64,000 bases of DNA from Thermodesulfobacteriota bacterium. Its GTDB lineage: Bacteria; Desulfobacterota; Binatia; Bin18. Location: contig OZ219926.1 in the NCBI GenBank assembly GCA_964291405.2, positions 4,768,001 to 4,832,000 on the forward strand, written 5' to 3'. The notes beneath the pieces were generated by a model. It saw only the letters and a list, made by a program, of their open reading frames with translations, did no database searches and was not told where the DNA came from. Both the position numbers and the translations under genes were made by a program. How positions within the stretch are numbered: position 1 is the first letter of the stretch; every line of letters begins with the position of its first letter. This document shows, piece by piece, positions 39,835 to 48,849 of the stretch.

Positions 39835-40573
39835 CCTTTGCCGTGGAAAATCGGCCATGCTCTATAGCTCCCTCACACACCAGTCGCCCGCCACCGTGCA
39901 GACCAGACAACCAGTTACGCTGGTCGGTGAGCATATAGCTGCGACTGGGCGTGATCTCTGCCTCGCCTTCACCGTCCGGCCAGAGCACCCGTATGGGGTC
40001 CTCACGCGATTCGTCAGTGACCAGCGGCGTGGCTAGCAGCGCGGCCAGGGCCGTGTCACCCTCGGCGAAATCACCGGCCAGAGAGCCCGACGGCAGGCAG
40101 GGCTTGCGTCCGATGAACAGCGGTCGGGCCGGCTCCTGCAAGGCTACGGCCAGACCGTCCAGGGTCGGGGTCTCCTCGGCCGGTTCCAGACGTAGCGCAA
40201 CGCTCACCCGCATATCGGCAAAATAGTCACGATAGCGCAGATGGGGCGCGTCATATGTCTTCGGCCCACCGTCGCGGCCTTCGGGGACTCCCCGCGTAGT
40301 CCAGCCTTGGTCTTTTTTACTCAACTGTGCCGTCTGAAAATCGGTGAGCCTCACACCGGTTGCCGGTTCGCGGTCAATGCGTGCAGCAAACACCAAGCGG
40401 TCTTGCAGGCGTTGATGCCGATCACGCTCGGTCCGGCGCCAGCCCAAGGCGTTGGCCAACAGTCCGGCCAGCATGGAGGCGGACGGAAACCAGCGGATAA
40501 CGCCATAGTTGTCGATGGTCTCCCCGCCGAAGGCCATGAGTGGGGCTTCAAGAGATACAATCAGATGGCGCAT
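39827..40573 (-). CDS. cas5e: Cas5e/CasD
   Basis: LEAPLMAFG, P..S.L.GLLANALG, DFQT and FIGRK.C.P. No extra HNH domain seen. Confidence 0.93.
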   Translation of the reverse strand: MRHLIVSLEAPLMAFGGETIDNYGVIRWFPSASMLAGLLANALGWRRTERDRHQRLQDRLVFAARIDREPATGVRLTDFQTAQLSKKDQGWTTRGVPEGRDGGPKTYDAPHLRYRDYFADMRVSVALRLEPAEETPTLDGLAVALQEPARPLFIGRKPCLPSGSLAGDFAEGDTALAALLATPLVTDESREDPIRVLWPDGEGEAEITPSRSYMLTDQRNWLSGLHGGGRLVCEGAIEHGRFSTAKDG

Positions 40574-40575
40574 CC

Positions 40576-41820
40576 CTACACCGCCTCACCGCTCAGTACT
40601 GCCCGCGACGCCCACGCCGCCAGGTCGTCCAGACAGAGGCGTTTGGCGTTAGGAATGTCGCAATCCTCAACCGACATCACCCTTCGGGTTTCCTTTGCGC
40701 CATAGGCAGCGTCCAGTTTGCTTAGATAGTCCGTCATCCGGGAGGTGGCGTCAGTCACCTGTGCCTCTGCTGGGCTGCGAAACGCATTCGCCAGACTACG
40801 AGGTTGGCGTTTCCCAGCCTCAATGAGCATCAGATCAGCGCAGGAATAGGGCGCGGTAGAACCGAGCTTCGCGCCGGGCGATACGGTGGCAATCAGATGA
40901 ACAAGGTGGTTGACCACCTTGCCAGCGAGGTCTTTATCCGCGCTTTCCCAGGCAGTGGAGTCACAGCCAGTCAGGTTGGAAATCAGCCCCGGTACGTCCA
41001 CCACGACATAGCCGTAGAACAGCCCAGCGGTCAGCTCCATGTCGCCGATGTGAGCCGCGCCGGCATCTTCGTCTTCGCGCTGGAGATCGTCCACGACTGA
41101 GAAGTAGTCGCTCTCGCTCTCCTCCCGGTGGACGGTAAAGGCGTGGGCGACATGAATAGCGGCGTCAATGTTGGCACCAGGATCAGATGTCACCATGCGG
41201 CCGAAGAGCGCTCCGACGAGTCCGCCGGGCAGATTCGTGCTTTTACGGAATACCTCGAAATTCTGAATTTCATCACCGAACATCTCAGTAGCGGCATTCC
41301 TGGCATCTCTCAGTTCGGTCTTGGCTTTTCCTGTGGCGGCTTTAATTTGTTCATCAGTCACCAACAAACCAGTAGCCACTTTCTGTGCGGCAATCTCGTC
41401 CCCGGAGTGTTTCTCACAGATCACCTTGGCTTTCTCGCGCAGGTATTCCACTTCGGGCAGCCCTAATAACAAAGGCTGACGACCCTTCTCCGTATCACCT
41501 GTCTTGCCGTACACTCCTACGTTAAAAGCTTTTTCAACTGCTTCAAGCACATCGCCAGAAATCTCTCCCGCCTCGCGTAGTGACTTTATGACTTCTCGCT
41601 CAACAACATTTCGGGAGCGCACCGCGTCGGGTTTAATGGCAGTCAACGCAAACTCATCCTTGGCCATGCGCCAGTGCCGCTTGAGACATTGCGACGAGAT
41701 ACGGGTACGTACCGCGTCGCCGAAGGGCATGCGCTTGGCCAAGCCGCTGTCGTCTCGGTTCAGCAGTGCGGCCGGGTAGGAATGAAGGGTGTGGATTTGC
41801 AGAAAACGTGGTGCGGTCAT
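40576..41820 (-). CDS. cas7e: Cas7e/Cse4/CasC
   Basis: LNRDDSG..K, RISSQCLKR, ALFGRM, VAHAFT and DYFSVVDD; RBS AAGGAG. Confidence 0.95.
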   Translation of the reverse strand: MTAPRFLQIHTLHSYPAALLNRDDSGLAKRMPFGDAVRTRISSQCLKRHWRMAKDEFALTAIKPDAVRSRNVVEREVIKSLREAGEISGDVLEAVEKAFNVGVYGKTGDTEKGRQPLLLGLPEVEYLREKAKVICEKHSGDEIAAQKVATGLLVTDEQIKAATGKAKTELRDARNAATEMFGDEIQNFEVFRKSTNLPGGLVGALFGRMVTSDPGANIDAAIHVAHAFTVHREESESDYFSVVDDLQREDEDAGAAHIGDMELTAGLFYGYVVVDVPGLISNLTGCDSTAWESADKDLAGKVVNHLVHLIATVSPGAKLGSTAPYSCADLMLIEAGKRQPRSLANAFRSPAEAQVTDATSRMTDYLSKLDAAYGAKETRRVMSVEDCDIPNAKRLCLDDLAAWASRAVLSGEAV

Positions 41821-41869
41821 GGTGAAAAACTCCTTTGTCTTTTTGCTGTTCCCAGTTGCGAAACTGTTT

Positions 41870-42799
41870 TTACTCATCGGTTGCTGAAGAACGACGCTGC
41901 TCCGCTCGGTAATACTCGCGGGAAATTTTTATTCGAGCCTCATCAGCCCGCTCTTCGTTATATCCATCGTTAAGGATGAACCAAGCCATTTCCCGCCAGT
42001 TGAAGGCACAGCCCTTGCTTGCCAGCATCCGAAATAGGCGCGCCAGCAAGCGGTGGAGCGTTGGTCCTCTCGCTGCAAGTAACGTTGCTAGTCGGTCTTC
42101 GCTGTAAAAGGCCGCTCCCGGTTGGTCCTGATTGCCCTCATACAATACCCGCCCAACCGGTTTTCTTGGATTATGAGCCAATACAGCACTATGAGACATC
42201 AGAGCTATGCCGTGCGTGATAAGTCCCCATTTTTTAATATCCAGGTTTCTGGGCATTCTACGCTGGCTTATGAGCTTCCAGAACACAGCGCTGTGAGGAT
42301 TGCTTGGGTCCATGCGCCGGAGGCTGGCTTTTTCTCCCGTTGTCATCTCCTTGGATTCAATCGACTCGATGGTGTTATCCATCACAACACCAAAGTTGGC
42401 AGGTATCGGACTGCTGGGCAGTTCAGGTAAAAGTTTGGTCACGTTTGGGTGTCCGGTCGTACCATTTTCGATAATGTCGTACAGTTCGCGTCGGTGCTCT
42501 GGGTTATCACCACGCCAAACCTTTGTAGTGATACCCATCTGTTTGAACGCTTCCAGCCAGTCTTCCTGTCCTTCTCCGAATGGGCTGGCGGCATCGCGCT
42601 TCAACTCTGCCACCAGCATTTCAAACTGCCCCGACTCTGGGTGCTGCCTAAACATAACGAGGTCGGGAAATCCCCTACCGCGCACTATGCGAAAACCCTC
42701 AACATGGAACGGTCTCCATCCATGGTGAATGGCTTCCTCATGTACCTCTTTGTTAAAGAACCACTCCCTATCCGTGTTGATGGATTGTTGCTCTGACAT
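41870..42799 (-). CDS. cas11: Cas11/Cse2 (CasB) fused to an N-terminal VRR-NUC-like PD-(D/E)XK nuclease domain
   Basis: 309 aa, between cas8e and cas7. C-part has ASLRR..P...FW, YSE.R...LL, NW and R.YY (Cse2-like). N-part has GFPDL...AELK...Q..W....G....VWR. Confidence 0.85.
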   Translation of the reverse strand: MSEQQSINTDREWFFNKEVHEEAIHHGWRPFHVEGFRIVRGRGFPDLVMFRQHPESGQFEMLVAELKRDAASPFGEGQEDWLEAFKQMGITTKVWRGDNPEHRRELYDIIENGTTGHPNVTKLLPELPSSPIPANFGVVMDNTIESIESKEMTTGEKASLRRMDPSNPHSAVFWKLISQRRMPRNLDIKKWGLITHGIALMSHSAVLAHNPRKPVGRVLYEGNQDQPGAAFYSEDRLATLLAARGPTLHRLLARLFRMLASKGCAFNWREMAWFILNDGYNEERADEARIKISREYYRAEQRRSSATDE

Positions 42800-42801
42800 A
42801 C

Positions 42802-44385
42802 TTAATTCTCCTTCTGTCCTTCATCGAATAGAAACGGGAGCCCCTTCGCGCCGCGTATCCGACCCTCAAACAGCCCTTCTGCGTTGACACGGGCGCGGTA
42901 ACGATGGATAGCCGGACAGGGCAGGGCATCCTCGGCAGTGTGCAAAGTCCGACGAGCGTGGTCGATTACACCATCTGTGCCGTTCATCAGCCATGTGTTA
43001 CGGACTGTCTGCCGCTCTGCGCCATCGGCCTCAAATTCGGTTTGCAAATCGTCAAAGAAATTCACATCAACAAGGTCATCCAGCTTATTCAGCCAGGGAC
43101 GGGCCAGGGTGCGATGTTCGGGACTCGCCTTATCGCTGTCGCCTCGGGCGGCGAATACCTGGATGGCGTGGCTGAGAATGCGCTGAACGACGCTGACCTG
43201 TTCAATACGCTCCCGAGCAATCTTACCCAGGTCGTCCACCGCCGTGGTACGCCGGGTCATAGCACTGCCGACCGTTTTGGGCCGTAGGGGGATGATGCGC
43301 TCGTGATAGCCTTCGGTTTTGCCCTGACCGCGGACCATGCCGCGGGCTACCAGGTACATAGGTTTCGCAGAGTGTTGTTCCGCTGGTAGCGGACGTAATA
43401 GGGGTGGCCACTGCCAATCTTCTGAGGTGAGATAGTCGGTGACCCGTTTGTACGTAAAGCCGCCGCCGGCCAGTGTCAGAGGCAGGCCGTCTCTTTTTGT
43501 GTTGACGGGAACCCACGGGTCGCCGGTACGTCCTTTGAGTTCTTTACCCGCAATACGAGCGGCTTTGGTACTCGTTCTGATCCCATGCAAGACGCGGTTC
43601 GCATCGGAGCACAGCCGTATACGGCGGCAGATTTCGATATAGAACGGGTCAAGACGGTTCAGCAGCAGTGTTTCCGCAGGCGTTCCGTCCCACGACAGGG
43701 TCCACAGCAAATCTACGCCGTGGTCGGACATTTGATACTCGTCCATCAGTGTCGAGCGATATTCCAGCAGGGCGGTGATATCGCGCCCAATGTGGGCGCC
43801 CAATCTTGCGGAAGGGGTCAGGGTGAAGGCCGGGCGGCTGCCCAGCCCACCGTTCATGCGAGAGATGCCGTAATTGCCCGCGCCGCTGAATCCCTCCATC
43901 GTTTGCAACGTAACCAGCGCGAACAACCATTCGTCAGGAGCGGCCTGCGTCGCCACTGCGGCTTTCAGGTCGTGATTCTTGGAGGTGACGAGCATGTCCA
44001 GTTCGTCGGGTGTAGAGACCGTGCTCTTATAGTCCTTCTCGCGCTCCACAGAGGAGGCCGGGGGCTGCATGAAGGCGGGTTTAGTGAGGTCGACGACAAC
44101 CATCTGCCAGGGTTCGTCGTCGGGATAGTCCGGCGTCAACGCGCGAATAATACGTAGCCACTCTACGGCGTCACTAGGCGGCTCGGCCAGCCCAGATTGG
44201 TGCATCGCCATTGCGCCCAACTGCACCAGAAAGGCGTGCCAGGCGTGACGCTGGTGGGGCCGGAGCGCGGGAAAGGCGTCTACCTTGTCGTCAATCAGCA
44301 CGGCGTAGGTTTCGGGCAGGGAAGCGGAATATGTACTTTCCGCCACGTTAATCTGAATCAAGGGGTCAGTGAGGATGTGGAGCAT
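42802..44385 (-). CDS. cas8e: Cas8e/Cse1 (CasA)
   Basis: ILTDPLI, RPHQ, LQTMEGFSGAGNYGISRMNGG and RRIRL; position in the operon. Confidence 0.88.
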   Translation of the reverse strand: MLHILTDPLIQINVAESTYSASLPETYAVLIDDKVDAFPALRPHQRHAWHAFLVQLGAMAMHQSGLAEPPSDAVEWLRIIRALTPDYPDDEPWQMVVVDLTKPAFMQPPASSVEREKDYKSTVSTPDELDMLVTSKNHDLKAAVATQAAPDEWLFALVTLQTMEGFSGAGNYGISRMNGGLGSRPAFTLTPSARLGAHIGRDITALLEYRSTLMDEYQMSDHGVDLLWTLSWDGTPAETLLLNRLDPFYIEICRRIRLCSDANRVLHGIRTSTKAARIAGKELKGRTGDPWVPVNTKRDGLPLTLAGGGFTYKRVTDYLTSEDWQWPPLLRPLPAEQHSAKPMYLVARGMVRGQGKTEGYHERIIPLRPKTVGSAMTRRTTAVDDLGKIARERIEQVSVVQRILSHAIQVFAARGDSDKASPEHRTLARPWLNKLDDLVDVNFFDDLQTEFEADGAERQTVRNTWLMNGTDGVIDHARRTLHTAEDALPCPAIHRYRARVNAEGLFEGRIRGAKGLPFLFDEGQKEN

Positions 44386-44577
44386 ATCTCCTCCGGGCTA
44401 CTGCGATTGAAATTCTGTTTGGAAAACTCTGACTAGGATCGGCTTCTATGGACTCTTTCTGGTATACGTACTGTTTGCATCCCAAAGGCCCCTATCCAAA
44501 AACACATTTGGTGTCAATTTTCCCCCGGTGTATGATGTCCGCACTGCCAATGCATATGGTGATGTAACGAGCGCGGC

Positions 44578-44607
44578 TTGTACAATGGCTGTATTTGGTA
44601 TTACGAT
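44578..44607 (+). promoter_or_regulatory. Candidate sigma70 promoter for the DUF433/PIN pair
   Basis: TTGTAC-18 nt-TACGAT upstream of the ATG at 44676. Confidence 0.35.
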
Positions 44608-44675
44608 TCTGAGCAGAACAGTCTTTTCAGAAAGCTTCCTTGAACTTTTCCCCTACAGATGAACTGGGAAGGACT

Positions 44676-44909
44676 ATGCAACCAGACTATACGGGAATCA
44701 TTACGGTCGAGCCGGGCAAGCGCGGTGGAAAACCCTGCATTCGCGGTCTGCGCATCACGGTCTACGACATTCTGGAGTATCTGGCATCCGGGATGACCGA
44801 GCCTGAAATCCTGGCCGATTTTCCCGACCTGACCTGCGAGGATATCCGGGCGTGTCTCGCCTTTGCCGCTGAGCGGGAGCGGCGCCTGGTATCCATTCCG
44901 CCAGAATGA
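44676..44909 (+). CDS. DUF433 family putative antitoxin
   Basis: PGKRGGKPCIRGLRITV.DIL...EIL.DFPDL..EDI.ACL.FAA. Confidence 0.9.
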   Translation: MQPDYTGIITVEPGKRGGKPCIRGLRITVYDILEYLASGMTEPEILADFPDLTCEDIRACLAFAAERERRLVSIPPE

Positions 44910-45238
44910 GACTGTTGTTCGATCAGAATTTGTCCTGGCGTCTCAGAGAAGCATTGCAGGACCTGTATCCTCAATCGCTCCACGTCAGGGATGTGGGCCT
45001 TGCATCTGCCGTTGATGTCACAGTATGGGCCTACGCCAAAGAACACGGATTGGTGATTGTCTCGAAAGACGCTGATTTTCGGCATCTCGGCTTCACCTAC
45101 GGGCATCCGCCCAAAATCATTTGGATTCGTCGGGGGAATTGTTCAACCAGTGAGATTGAGGCGCTTCTTCGCAAACATCGCGATTCTGTGCTCACGTTCT
45201 ATGAGGACGAACAAGAGGTCGTCCTCGCCTTGGTTTGA
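44906..45238 (+). CDS. DUF5615 / VapC45-like PIN-domain putative toxin
   Basis: MRLLFDQNLS, SKDADF and GHPPKIIWI..GN; ATGA overlap with DUF433. Confidence 0.88.
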   Translation: MRLLFDQNLSWRLREALQDLYPQSLHVRDVGLASAVDVTVWAYAKEHGLVIVSKDADFRHLGFTYGHPPKIIWIRRGNCSTSEIEALLRKHRDSVLTFYEDEQEVVLALV

Positions 45239-45256
45239 CTGCTGTTGCCAGGTGTA

Positions 45257-45284
45257 GTCTCCCCATGCACGTTGGGGTAGTTCC
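45257..45284. repeat. Solo degenerate type I-E-like CRISPR repeat
   Basis: gtctccccatgcacgttggggtagttcc: 28 bp with a CCCCA/TGGGG stem, 33 nt from the cas3 stop. Confidence 0.45.
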
Positions 45285-45317
45285 ATGGCCGGCGAAACAG
45301 CGCTGCGAGCACGCTGC

Positions 45318-47999
45318 CTATACCCGCCGTAGTCCCAGCCGGTCGTACCGGAAACGGGACTCACCTATACGGAATGTAAAACCTCCGTCCTCCGGGTCGG
45401 GAACGACCGGCTGGTCGTCGGTCGCCTCGCCGGACAGACGAGGGGCCAGATGGTGGTGGATGGTCAACTGCGCAATGGCCTCTGCACCGAACGGGCTTAG
45501 CGCGGGTGGGTCCAACTCCACTTCAACGCCCTCGTCACCCAGCCGGGTGCGTATGCGTTCTTCGTCACTCCCGAATATAACCTCTCGGTTGTCCTCACCA
45601 AAAAAGGACTTGCCATAACGAACAAGGGCGCTTTGCGCGGTCAGGTTTTTGGCCAACGTCCCTCCTGTTATTTGTTTTTCGTGGTCTTGCCAGGCGTCGC
45701 CCAGTTCGTCGGTTATGGCTTTCAGGGCGTCGGGGTGGGTCGCTCGCTCCACGAGTTCCCGATTCATTTCCGGGATGCGCCATTCCGGGTGGTGGAGAAT
45801 CAGCCGTCGCGTTGCCTCAAGCACACGCAGGTCCTCGTAGACGAATCCGTGCGGTCCCAGGCCATTCCGACCGGGGCCTTTGGACAGCAGGGGTGAGAGG
45901 TCATCACCCTTTGGCATCAGGACAACGCAGGTCGGTGCTTCGTAGTCTGCGGGTCGGTCATCTCGTTGGTGGCGGTGCAGCCGACCGATGCGCTGGAGCA
46001 GCACGTCCATCGGGCACAAGTCGGTGATCAAAAGGTCTGCGTCTATGTCCAGCGATTGCTCCAAGGTCTGCGTCCCAACAATAAGGCATCCGCCGGTCGG
46101 TCGGTTTTTGCCTATCTGTTCCTCGATCGCTTTGTCCAGCAGGAGCCGGTCTTCACGGGCAAACCTGCCGTGGTGGAGGGTGAGAATACCGCAACAGGAG
46201 TAGAGTAGGTCACTTTCGCCCTGGACCATCCTTTTTTCCACTGTCTGCTGAGTGTCAATGGCATATTGCACGGTATTGCGTACCACCAGCACCTTGGCCC
46301 CGGCGCGGGCCGCGTGCAGGGCGCGTTCGGCCACTTGGGTGAAATCTCCCATGCCCGAGACAGCGTCAATCCGAACTGTCTTTTCCTTCCCGTTGCCATT
46401 CACGGCGATGGTGGTTTCGCCGGTGCAAGTCGTGATTGCGGGGTAGGGAGTCTGGATTGCGTCGTCCAACAATGGTGGAGTATTGGCGGCAGAGGAAGAT
46501 GTTGCGGCCAGCCAATGAGAACGTGACACGGAACCGAGTGTGGCAGATATCAGGAGGGCGTAGCCGCCGGCTTCGATATGGACACGCAGCAGGGCTTCGA
46601 TAATGACGCGCATATAGGGGTCGGAGGCGTGAACCTCGTCTACTACCAGCAGATTGCGCGACAGGCAGGCGGCGCGCATATGGGCGTGCTTGACCTTGAG
46701 TGCGGCCTGCATGGCTTGGTCAACTGTACCAACTGCGATCTGAGCTGCCAGGTAGCGCTTGGCGCTCTCGGCTGCCCAGCGACGTTTTTCGGTGAGGATA
46801 TCGGGATGATCGTCCCACCAGACTTTATAGTGCGGCAGATGCTTGCCTGTGGCGGCTCCGACACGGACATAACCGGGAACTGCCAGCACGGGCTCCGGGC
46901 CGACTTCTTCGGGGAAGAGCTTGTTAATGAATCGTGTGACGCGTGCGTGCATCTGGCTGGCTGCCGCACGGGTAGGCAGGGCAAAATACAATCCATCCAC
47001 CCGTCGGGCTTGATACAGATGGGCAAAACGCCACAGCGCAGCCTCGGTTTTCCCAGAGCCGGTTTCGGACTCGATGATGACCAAATGCTCGTCCAGCGGA
47101 ACCGCTCTTGTCGCCTGCTGAATGGGGTTGGGCGTTCCGTTGGGGATATCGAATAGGGTATCGAAATTCGGCAGGGCGGGTAGGACGTGAAAAGCGCTCC
47201 GCTGGCTTTCGATATTCAACCCGATTTCCGCGACCGCGCGCTGGGCGTTGTGCCGGGCAGTCTGCATATAGTCGTCACGCGGCTCAGCACAGAACGGGAA
47301 GTAGGTTTCGTCAGAACCAATCCAGTCGGCCAGCATGCACAAGCCCAAGAACATATGCTGAAAAGCCGGTGCCGACGGGAGCGACGGTCCGTTAGATGTC
47401 CAGGCCGCAGGAAACCAGTCTCGTACCAGCAGACCGATACGCTCTACACCACGCCGGGGATGCAGCGCCCCGAAGGAGCGCCAGATAGCGGGGTTCTTGG
47501 ACCGGGCCGCCTGCATGTTGAGCGGTCGGCCGTGGTGAGACAGCGCAGCCACGAACAAGGCGCAGACTGTCTCCCCGTCGCAGTTGTCCCAAGACTCGGT
47601 AGCGTCCCACCACCAGCCCAGGGCGTTGAAGAACCAGTCTGCGGTTTCGGTATCGTCACAGTTCAGAACCGGCGTCAGATCAACGATGTGTCCGGCGTGG
47701 CGGGGGTGGCGTGTATCTGTGGGAAAGTCGGCTTCCTGCCATATCCGTGTCTGAAAGCCTGTGTTGACTTTGCCTATGTCGTGTAAGGTTGCCAAGATCG
47801 CCAGCCGCGCTGTAATTACAGGGTCAATGTCGTCTAGCTTGCCAGCCTGTGCTAGGCGCTGTCGGATAGTCGGCTGGACCAGCAGGGCCTCAAAGCAGGC
47901 TCCCACATCGGCCATATGGTGTTCCAGCAGGTGGATACGCTGCGGGTTTTCGCGGTCGGATTTTGCCCAGAAGACCTGAGTATATGCTGCTGGCGGCAT
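45318..47999 (-). CDS. cas3: Cas3 HD nuclease-helicase
   Basis: H..DV, LHDIGK, SHHG, LADWIGS, ETGSGKTE, DEVH, SAT and QRIGRLHRH all present; uninterrupted 893 aa. Confidence 0.96.
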   Translation of the reverse strand: MPPAAYTQVFWAKSDRENPQRIHLLEHHMADVGACFEALLVQPTIRQRLAQAGKLDDIDPVITARLAILATLHDIGKVNTGFQTRIWQEADFPTDTRHPRHAGHIVDLTPVLNCDDTETADWFFNALGWWWDATESWDNCDGETVCALFVAALSHHGRPLNMQAARSKNPAIWRSFGALHPRRGVERIGLLVRDWFPAAWTSNGPSLPSAPAFQHMFLGLCMLADWIGSDETYFPFCAEPRDDYMQTARHNAQRAVAEIGLNIESQRSAFHVLPALPNFDTLFDIPNGTPNPIQQATRAVPLDEHLVIIESETGSGKTEAALWRFAHLYQARRVDGLYFALPTRAAASQMHARVTRFINKLFPEEVGPEPVLAVPGYVRVGAATGKHLPHYKVWWDDHPDILTEKRRWAAESAKRYLAAQIAVGTVDQAMQAALKVKHAHMRAACLSRNLLVVDEVHASDPYMRVIIEALLRVHIEAGGYALLISATLGSVSRSHWLAATSSSAANTPPLLDDAIQTPYPAITTCTGETTIAVNGNGKEKTVRIDAVSGMGDFTQVAERALHAARAGAKVLVVRNTVQYAIDTQQTVEKRMVQGESDLLYSCCGILTLHHGRFAREDRLLLDKAIEEQIGKNRPTGGCLIVGTQTLEQSLDIDADLLITDLCPMDVLLQRIGRLHRHQRDDRPADYEAPTCVVLMPKGDDLSPLLSKGPGRNGLGPHGFVYEDLRVLEATRRLILHHPEWRIPEMNRELVERATHPDALKAITDELGDAWQDHEKQITGGTLAKNLTAQSALVRYGKSFFGEDNREVIFGSDEERIRTRLGDEGVEVELDPPALSPFGAEAIAQLTIHHHLAPRLSGEATDDQPVVPDPEDGGFTFRIGESRFRYDRLGLRRV

Positions 48000-48002
48000 G
48001 TC

Positions 48003-48698
48003 TTAGCGTTTCTCGTACTGACCGGCACCGAACAGCAGATCCTTGGCCTGCTGGTCCATCTGTTGTGGGGAGCGGCTCTCTTCCTGGAGCACGGCGAGCC
48101 CTCGCTGGACCGCCGGCCGTGCGCTGATGGCGTCGTACCAGCGTTTGAGGTGCGGATAGTCCTCCAGCTTCTGACCTTGATTTTCGTGATACCGCAGCCA
48201 GGGGTAGGTCGCCATATCGGCAATTGAGTAGTCTCCGGCCACGTACTCGACCTCGGCCAGCCTGGTGTCCACCACGCGATACAAGCGGCTAGCCTCATTG
48301 GTATACCGATTGAAGGCATACTCGATCTTTTCCGGTGCGTATAACCGGAAGTGGTGTGCCTGCCCCAGCATGGGGCCGATCCCGCCCATCTGAAACATCA
48401 GCCACTGGATAACCGTATAACGCTCGGCCATGCCCGAGGGCATGAATTGGCTCGTTTTCTCCGCCAGGTAGAGCAGCATGGCACCGGATTCAAACACGGC
48501 ATACGGCTTTCCGTCCGGCCCGTCGCGGTCCACCATGGCCGGCATTTTATTGTTCGGGCTGATCTGCAGGAACTCGGGGTCGAATTGATCCCCGGTTAAG
48601 ATGTTCACCGGAATGACGCGATATTCCAGACCCGTCTCTTCCAGGAAAATATGGACCTTATGGCCGTTCGGCGTTGGCCAGGTATACAGATCGATCAT
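48003..48698 (-). CDS. yfcG: Glutathione S-transferase, YfcG-like disulfide oxidoreductase
   Basis: MIDLYTWPTPNG, ISPNNK.P, FESGA, QMGG.GPMLGQ and RPAV.RG. Confidence 0.85.
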   Translation of the reverse strand: MIDLYTWPTPNGHKVHIFLEETGLEYRVIPVNILTGDQFDPEFLQISPNNKMPAMVDRDGPDGKPYAVFESGAMLLYLAEKTSQFMPSGMAERYTVIQWLMFQMGGIGPMLGQAHHFRLYAPEKIEYAFNRYTNEASRLYRVVDTRLAEVEYVAGDYSIADMATYPWLRYHENQGQKLEDYPHLKRWYDAISARPAVQRGLAVLQEESRSPQQMDQQAKDLLFGAGQYEKR

Positions 48699-48849
48699 GC
48701 TGGGTGTCCCCCTTTGAATTATGCTACTGCGTAGCCTAGCCAAGACTGGCAGAGGTGTCGATCTCGGCGTTTCCACACAAACATCCCGGCCTTGTCAGAA
48801 TCAGCCTATATGTGACAATACGAACAGTTGTCAAAAGAAGGATAGCCGC

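Noticed and set aside
39827-40573. Possible Cas5-HNH fusion variant
   Set aside because: Cas5 is a normal 248 aa and shows no HNH motif.
44508-44535. Repeat-like string (tacaccgggggaaaattgacacc on the minus strand) upstream of cas8e
   Set aside because: It has no hairpin and low similarity, and it overlaps a TTGACA that is more simply a promoter element.
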